Source: an uncultured Chloroflexia bacterium
GTDB taxonomy: Bacteria; Chloroflexota; Limnocylindria; Limnocylindrales; CSP1-4
DNA: 64,000 nt
Direction: 5' to 3'
Assembly (NCBI GenBank): GCA_963720755.1
Contig: CAVRGP010000002.1
Location: 128,001 to 192,000, forward strand
The notes under the pieces: model-generated
The model's input: only the letters and a program-made list of their open reading frames with translations
Told to the model about the DNA's origin: nothing
Databases searched by the model: none
Shown: positions 58,711 through 64,000 of the stretch, one piece after another
Layout of the letters: every line of letters begins with the position of its first letter
Numbering within the stretch: position 1 is the stretch's first letter
Program-made: the position numbers and the translations under genes

Positions 58711-59432
58711 CAGGCGCCGACATAGAGCCGGTCTGCGAGACGGGTCGGCAATCCGGCGGCGCGGATCATCTTGACGACGGCGTCGATGTCATAGTCGGCG
58801 CGACCCCAGGTCGCGGTGCCCGCGTCCGTGTCGATGACCATGTAGCTCGCTCGGGGATCCCCGTCGCGTGGCTGGCCGACGCTGCCCGGGTTCAGGAGCG
58901 TCCGGCCTTCGCCAAGGGCGACGGTGTTGCCCGCCCTTGGCGCCAGGGTGCGCATCCGCCCGTCGACCTGGGTGAATGCGACCGGGACGTGGGTGTGACC
59001 GTGCAGGCCGTGCTCGGTCGAGATCGCCGAGAGCCCGGCGCGGGCGAGCGCCGCCGAGGTCACGTATTCCCAGATCGGATCGCGCGGGCTTCCATGGACG
59101 AGCGTGAAATCGCCGTCGACCCGGCGCTGGGGCAGTGCCTCGAGCCACGCCCGGGTCGATCCGGAGATCGTCTCGCGCGTCCACTCCATCGCCGCTCGGG
59201 CATCGGGATTGAACCAGTCGATCTCGTTCCCCCCGGCGGCCGCGGCGTCGTGATTCCCACGCACGCCGGTCGCACCGAGCGTGGACAGGCGGTCGACCAC
59301 GGCATCCGGTTCCGGTCCGTATCCGACCACATCGCCGAGATGCCAGACGGCGTCGACAGACCCGACCTTGGCCAGCACCGCGTCGAGCGCGATGAGGTTG
59401 CCGTGGATATCCGAGAGGATGGCGACTCGCAC
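58710..59432 (-). CDS. Metallophosphoesterase (calcineurin-like)
   Basis: SDIHGN, GDVVGYG, GNHD, HGSP, GHTH, NPGSVGQPRDG. Confidence 0.9.
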   Translation of the reverse strand: MRVAILSDIHGNLIALDAVLAKVGSVDAVWHLGDVVGYGPEPDAVVDRLSTLGATGVRGNHDAAAAGGNEIDWFNPDARAAMEWTRETISGSTRAWLEALPQRRVDGDFTLVHGSPRDPIWEYVTSAALARAGLSAISTEHGLHGHTHVPVAFTQVDGRMRTLAPRAGNTVALGEGRTLLNPGSVGQPRDGDPRASYMVIDTDAGTATWGRADYDIDAVVKMIRAAGLPTRLADRLYVGA

Positions 59433-59457
59433 GGGACCGAATCTAGCAGTGCGCCGG

Positions 59458-60231
59458 TCACCATGACCGGCGTCTGCGCGTGGCTGGGTCACGCGGGTAT
59501 CCGGCTGGGGTCCGTCCACGCACGGTCGCGACGACCAACCGGTGGTCACGGAGACCGGGAACGCCCACCGGGCGGACCTCCAGGGAACCGCCGCCCAGTG
59601 CCGTCATCGCGCGCTCGGCTGCGGCGAGCTCGTCCGCCAGGTCACCCCGCTTCCAGGCGATCAGGCAGCCACCCGGCGCCAGCAATGGGAAGGCGAGTTC
59701 GATGAGTTCCGCGAGCGGCGCTACGGCCCTGGCCGTGACCGCCGGCCAGCGTCCGCGATGCCGTGGGTCTGTCGCCATCGCCTCGGCCCGCATCGGCACC
59801 GACTCGAGGACGTCGGCCAGACCGGTCGCCGCCGCGGCAACGGTGAGGAATCGGGCCTTCTTGGCGACCGGCTCGAGCAGGACCGATCGAGTCAGTGGCA
59901 CGGCGGCCGCGATCGGGATCCCCGGATAGCCGCCGCCGGATCCGAGGTCGAGCGACTGATCGACGCCCCGTTCTCGGAGCACTTCGACGCCGCTCAGGCT
60001 ATCGACGACGTGGGCGAGGGCCACCGCCGCGGGATCGCGGATGGCGGTCAGATTGATGGCCGTCGTCCATCTGAGCAACAGGCGAGCGTGACCATCGATG
60101 GCCGCCCGGGCGGCCGCCGTCAGATCCAGGCCCAGCGCATCGAGTCCGTCGTCGAGCGCCGTCGAATAGGCCGGAGGCAGGGGGGCCGTGTCCTGAACGC
60201 GCGTCGGGAGTGGCTCACGCGGCCGGTCCAT
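59458..60231 (-). CDS. rsmG: 16S rRNA m7G527 methyltransferase
   Basis: INLTAI, HVVDSL, DLGSGGGYPGIP, TARAVA, YPR. ATG 60231 follows AGGAGG. Confidence 0.92.
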   Translation of the reverse strand: MDRPREPLPTRVQDTAPLPPAYSTALDDGLDALGLDLTAAARAAIDGHARLLLRWTTAINLTAIRDPAAVALAHVVDSLSGVEVLRERGVDQSLDLGSGGGYPGIPIAAAVPLTRSVLLEPVAKKARFLTVAAAATGLADVLESVPMRAEAMATDPRHRGRWPAVTARAVAPLAELIELAFPLLAPGGCLIAWKRGDLADELAAAERAMTALGGGSLEVRPVGVPGLRDHRLVVATVRGRTPAGYPRDPATRRRRSW

Positions 60232-60496
60232 GACACGCCTCCTGTGTCTGCGTGCCATCCGCCCGCGCGGCGCCACTCCCGGCGTCGACATCGTCTCGCA
60301 CCGTTGGCGTGCGTCCGGTCTTCCGCAGTCCGTCCGGTTCGCGGCCGAGTCTCCTCGAACCCCTCGCGGACCGCGTTACCCTCGTGCCGGCCCCAGTGCG
60401 GATGCTGGACGCTACCGGCCGGATCGCATCTGCGTCAACGGGGTTTTCCACGAATCGAGGACGTCGACGTGGATTGGTGGATAACCGGCCGGGATA

Positions 60497-60853
60497 TCAA
60501 GATGAACGGCCGGGACTCCGAACGGGGCGACCGAGGGTCCGGCGGACGACATCGATGACCTCGTCAACGTACGCGTCCGCCTGGCCCTGCTCGGCCGCGG
60601 TTCGGACACACCCACTGACGTGATCCTCGAGGACCACGATCGACAGCGCGTCGACAGCCGCCCGCAGTGCGGCAGTCTGCTGGAGGATGTCGATGCAGTA
60701 CTCCTCGCGCTCGATCATCCGGGCGATCCCGCGCACCTGCCCCTCCATCCGCGACAGGCGGCGAGCGAGGAGGGTCTTGTCCTTGGAATAGCTGTGGCGG
60801 AAGTGGCTCGGGTCGGGCGGTTGGGCCGCTCGACGTCCGGTGGTCGGACTCAT
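60497..60853 (-). CDS. csoR: CsoR/RcnR-family metal-sensing repressor
   Basis: RLSRMEGQVRGI..YCIDILQQ..EDHVSGC (C-H-C fingerprint). Confidence 0.88.
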   Translation of the reverse strand: MSPTTGRRAAQPPDPSHFRHSYSKDKTLLARRLSRMEGQVRGIARMIEREEYCIDILQQTAALRAAVDALSIVVLEDHVSGCVRTAAEQGQADAYVDEVIDVVRRTLGRPVRSPGRSS

Positions 60854-60907
60854 CGTCGGTCAGGACCTCGCGGGATCGGCGCACATCTGGCGACGCTTCG
60901 CGGCATC

Positions 60908-60924
60908 ATACCCCCTGGGGGTAT
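60908..60924. promoter_or_regulatory. CsoR operator palindrome ATACCCCCTGGGGGTAT
   Basis: Perfect 8-1-8 inverted repeat with C/G tracts typical of CsoR operators. Overlaps a TATGAT -10 element on the minus strand. Confidence 0.85.
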
Positions 60925-60979
60925 CGTTGTCAGCCCGCATCGTATCGCGAACCGGCCCGCTCCGCTAGACTTCGGGCCG

Positions 60980-61348
60980 ATGGATCCGCGCGATCGTCCA
61001 CGCTTGCTCCCCGACGGCGCCAGGTGCACCGCCTGCGGGGCGACCGTCCCGGCGGGCCGGATCCGGGTCCTCGCCGAGCGGGAGGATCTCGTCTTCGTCG
61101 AACTCGACTGCGACGCTTGCGGGAGCACGGCGCTCGGATTGCTGGAGTCCACCTCCGATGGGCGGCCGCGGCTCGACGTCGCCGCCGAGGGGCCGGCGGC
61201 AGGACCTGATCCGAGCCGATCCGGTCAGCTGGTCAGCCTCGCCGATGTCGAAGCGATCCGGCGCGACCTGGCGACATGGAACGGTGACCTCGTGCGCTGG
61301 CTTGCGGCCATCGATCCCGGTCGGGTCGATGCTGGCGGGGAACCGTGA
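60980..61348 (+). CDS. Small zinc-ribbon protein
   Basis: CTACG...CDACG pair. ATG 60980; stop is coupled to the next gene. Confidence 0.65.
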   Translation: MDPRDRPRLLPDGARCTACGATVPAGRIRVLAEREDLVFVELDCDACGSTALGLLESTSDGRPRLDVAAEGPAAGPDPSRSGQLVSLADVEAIRRDLATWNGDLVRWLAAIDPGRVDAGGEP

Positions 61349-61878
61349 GGGCTCCATTCGCCCACGCCAGCGAAGCCGAGCTGTCACGCATCCTCGATTT
61401 CTACGCCGTTCGATGGGAGTACGAACCGCATACCTTCCCGATCCTCTGGAACATGGACGGCGATGTCGTCGAGAGCTTCTCGCCGGACTTCTACCTGCCC
61501 GATCTCGACCTGTACCTGGAGATGACGACGCTTCGCCAGAAACTGGTCCGGAAGAAGAACCGCAAACTGCGCCGGTTGCGCGAGCTGTACCCGGATCTCA
61601 ACATCAAGCTCTTCTACGCCCGCGACTTCCGGGCTCTGATGCTCAAATACGGCAAGCTCGCCCTCGTCGCCGGACTGTCCGGGACGTCGGGCCAGGTGGC
61701 GATGCCGTATCGCGATGATGGAAGCGAGACTGGATCGACGGGCGCTGCCCCCCATCAGGGATCCAGCGGACCGACGATCCAGGCCGCACCGGGGCCGCCA
61801 TCCGGCCGGGACCCCGACCGCCGGCGGCGGAGCTCCGATCCGGACACCGTGACGGAAGGGAAGGCGACGCACGCATGA
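61345..61878 (+). CDS. PD-(D/E)XK-like domain protein associated with hpt
   Basis: SEAE..WEYEP..FSPDFYLPDLDLYLEMTT. Confidence 0.6.
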   Translation: MRAPFAHASEAELSRILDFYAVRWEYEPHTFPILWNMDGDVVESFSPDFYLPDLDLYLEMTTLRQKLVRKKNRKLRRLRELYPDLNIKLFYARDFRALMLKYGKLALVAGLSGTSGQVAMPYRDDGSETGSTGAAPHQGSSGPTIQAAPGPPSGRDPDRRRRSSDPDTVTEGKATHA

Positions 61879-61891
61879 GCGAGACGGACCG

Positions 61892-62460
<569 letters not shown>

Positions 62461-62464
<4 letters not shown>

Positions 62465-62907
62465 CGATGCACCGTCGACCGCTCGGGCGCGGCCGGACCA
62501 TGGCCGCCGTTGCGGGCCTGCTCATCGTGCTCGGGTGCATCCTGCCCTGGTGGCAGGTGGGTGGCACCCCCGGGATCCCAGCCGAATCGGGTAATGGCCT
62601 GGCGGGCAGTGGGATCCTCGTGTTCCTGGTCGGGGTCACGACCCTCGCCCTGGTGGCGCTCCCCTACGCCGCCGGTGATCGGCCGCTTGGGGCCGACCGT
62701 TGGCTCTCCTTCGCGATCCTGGCGGTCGCGGGCTGGATCGGGCTGGTGTGGCGCATCGTGGAACTCGCTTCCATCGGCGCCTTCCAATTCCGATCGCCGG
62801 CCGAGATCGTGACCAACGCGCCGGGTCTCTGGCTGGCCGGGATCGGTCTGGTCGTGTTGTCTCGCGCCGCCTGGGTGATCTCGCGCGAGTCCGCCTATTA
62901 CCGCTGA
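62461..62907 (+). CDS. Hypothetical membrane protein (4 TM)
   Basis: LPWW..G and hydrophobic helices. ATGA overlap with hpt. Confidence 0.7.
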
Positions 62908-62926
62908 CCGCGCAGGTGGTCCCAAC

Positions 62927-63679
62927 TTATCCGGCCGGCGGACTCGACGCCACCCGGATCTCCACGCCGAACCAGCGTTGGTAGCCCGACCCGACGACCG
63001 CGAAGACGTAGCGCCCGGCGGCCCAGGTGTCGTCGGCCGTGGCCGATCGGTCGCTCGGCACGTAGACCGGGACTTCGATCGTGACCGTCGGGTCGAAGAC
63101 GGCCGCCCGGAGCGCGACCGGCCCGGCCGGGCTTTCCCTGCCGTCGTCGGAGCGTCGCCAGGCGTCGAGGATCGCACCGGCAGGGGGCCCATCGACGTCG
63201 TCCGGGGGCGGGCAGTAGCCGATCCCGGAGATCCGCTCCGAGAAGATGGTCACGAACGGGATGCTGGGATCGTCCGGGCCGTCTGCCGCCGTCGACGGGA
63301 CGATCTCCAGCCATCGCCGAAGCGGGTTTCCGATGTCCATGGTCGGAGCGGGGCGTAGCGTTGCCGATGGCGACCCGGCCGTTCCGTCGCCGCCCAACGG
63401 ATCGGGGAGCCCGACCGCGAACACCCGCCAGGCTGCCGCGAAGGCGCACTCACTCGGGACCTCAGCCGTCGGGGAGGGCGTCGGCGTGGAGGTCGCGACC
63501 GCGACCGGGCCCGATCCGACGCTGTCCGGCCGTCCGACAGGTGCAAGGAACAGGTCCCACGGCTTGATGAGCGCGACACCGAGGAAGATGCCGACCACGA
63601 ATGTCGCGATCGGCAGGAACCGGCTGGGTGGTCGGTCGCCGACCGACCGGACCTTGAATTCCTTCTGTGGGTCGTTCAT
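62927..63679 (-). CDS. Hypothetical membrane-anchored protein with P/T/S linker
   Basis: Single TM helix ending IKPW, followed by TSTPTPSPT linker and a soluble domain. Confidence 0.6.
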   Translation of the reverse strand: MNDPQKEFKVRSVGDRPPSRFLPIATFVVGIFLGVALIKPWDLFLAPVGRPDSVGSGPVAVATSTPTPSPTAEVPSECAFAAAWRVFAVGLPDPLGGDGTAGSPSATLRPAPTMDIGNPLRRWLEIVPSTAADGPDDPSIPFVTIFSERISGIGYCPPPDDVDGPPAGAILDAWRRSDDGRESPAGPVALRAAVFDPTVTIEVPVYVPSDRSATADDTWAAGRYVFAVVGSGYQRWFGVEIRVASSPPAG

Positions 63680-63714
63680 GTCGCTCGGTCGGTGCCCGTG
63701 CGTCCGGGAGCGGG

Positions 63715-64000
63715 TCAGATCTCCCCGAGATAGGCGCGCCTCACATCGCCGTTGGCCGCCAGGACCTTGGCGTCGTCGGACAGGATGACCCGGCCCGTCT
63801 GGAGCACGTAGCCTCGGTCGGCCACATCGAGCGCCTGCAAGGCGTTCTGTTCGACCAGCAGGATGGTCGTTCCCTGGGCGTTGATCTCGCGGATGATCGC
63901 GAAGATCTGCTGGATGAGGATCGGGGCCAGTCCGAGCGATGGCTCATCGAGCAGCAGGACCTTGGGTCGGGTCATGAGGGCGCGCCCGATCGCCAGCATC
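63715..64000 (-). CDS. livF: Branched-chain amino acid ABC transporter ATP-binding protein (3' part only)
   Basis: MLAIGRALM..LLLDEPSLGLAP..LVEQN..GYVLQTG..VRRAYLG. Confidence 0.88.
   Translation of the reverse strand, partial: MLAIGRALMTRPKVLLLDEPSLGLAPILIQQIFAIIREINAQGTTILLVEQNALQALDVADRGYVLQTGRVILSDDAKVLAANGDVRRAYLGEI

Noticed and set aside
60232-60496. oriC / DnaA-box cluster next to rsmG
   Set aside because: Only one near-consensus box (TTATCCACC, 60476-60484, minus) and a weak one (TTTTCCACG, 60444-60452). No AT-rich unwinding element and no dnaA/dnaN/parAB nearby.

Overview
High-GC (about 70% by eye), gene-dense bacterial core-genome segment. Gene content and order (nuoABCDH..JKLMN, fgd, hspR, sortase-like genes) suggest Chloroflexota, possibly Limnocylindria/Ellin6529; this is an inference, not a database result. 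Main blocks: (1) 1.9-16.6 kb, a cell-envelope glycosylation locus with three GT-C genes (one a ~1800-aa GT87-like + GT39/PMT fusion with a soluble insert) converging on an ArsR-headed operon pgsA-ino1-acyltransferase x2-PHP phosphatase-pimA, i.e. a phosphatidylinositol-mannoside-like pathway. (2) 22.1-37.0 kb, a complex I operon in which nuoI is split in two and a degenerate NuoE'/NuoF plus a NuoG-N/GltD-type flavoprotein sit between the halves; a MidA/NDUFAF7 methyltransferase gene lies directly upstream. (3) folK, peptidase E, fgd, glpX, purH. (4) A heat-shock operon hsp20-hspR-lon-cbpA-clpB with a variant HAIR operator. (5) A KimA/USP/TrkA potassium locus with a collapsed second kimA copy. 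(6) rsmG, csoR with its operator, hpt and partial livF. No rRNA, tRNA, CRISPR, prophage or IS element was recognised. The strongest novelty candidates are the split-NuoI complex I with a putative NADPH input module and the PIM-like lipoglycan locus.
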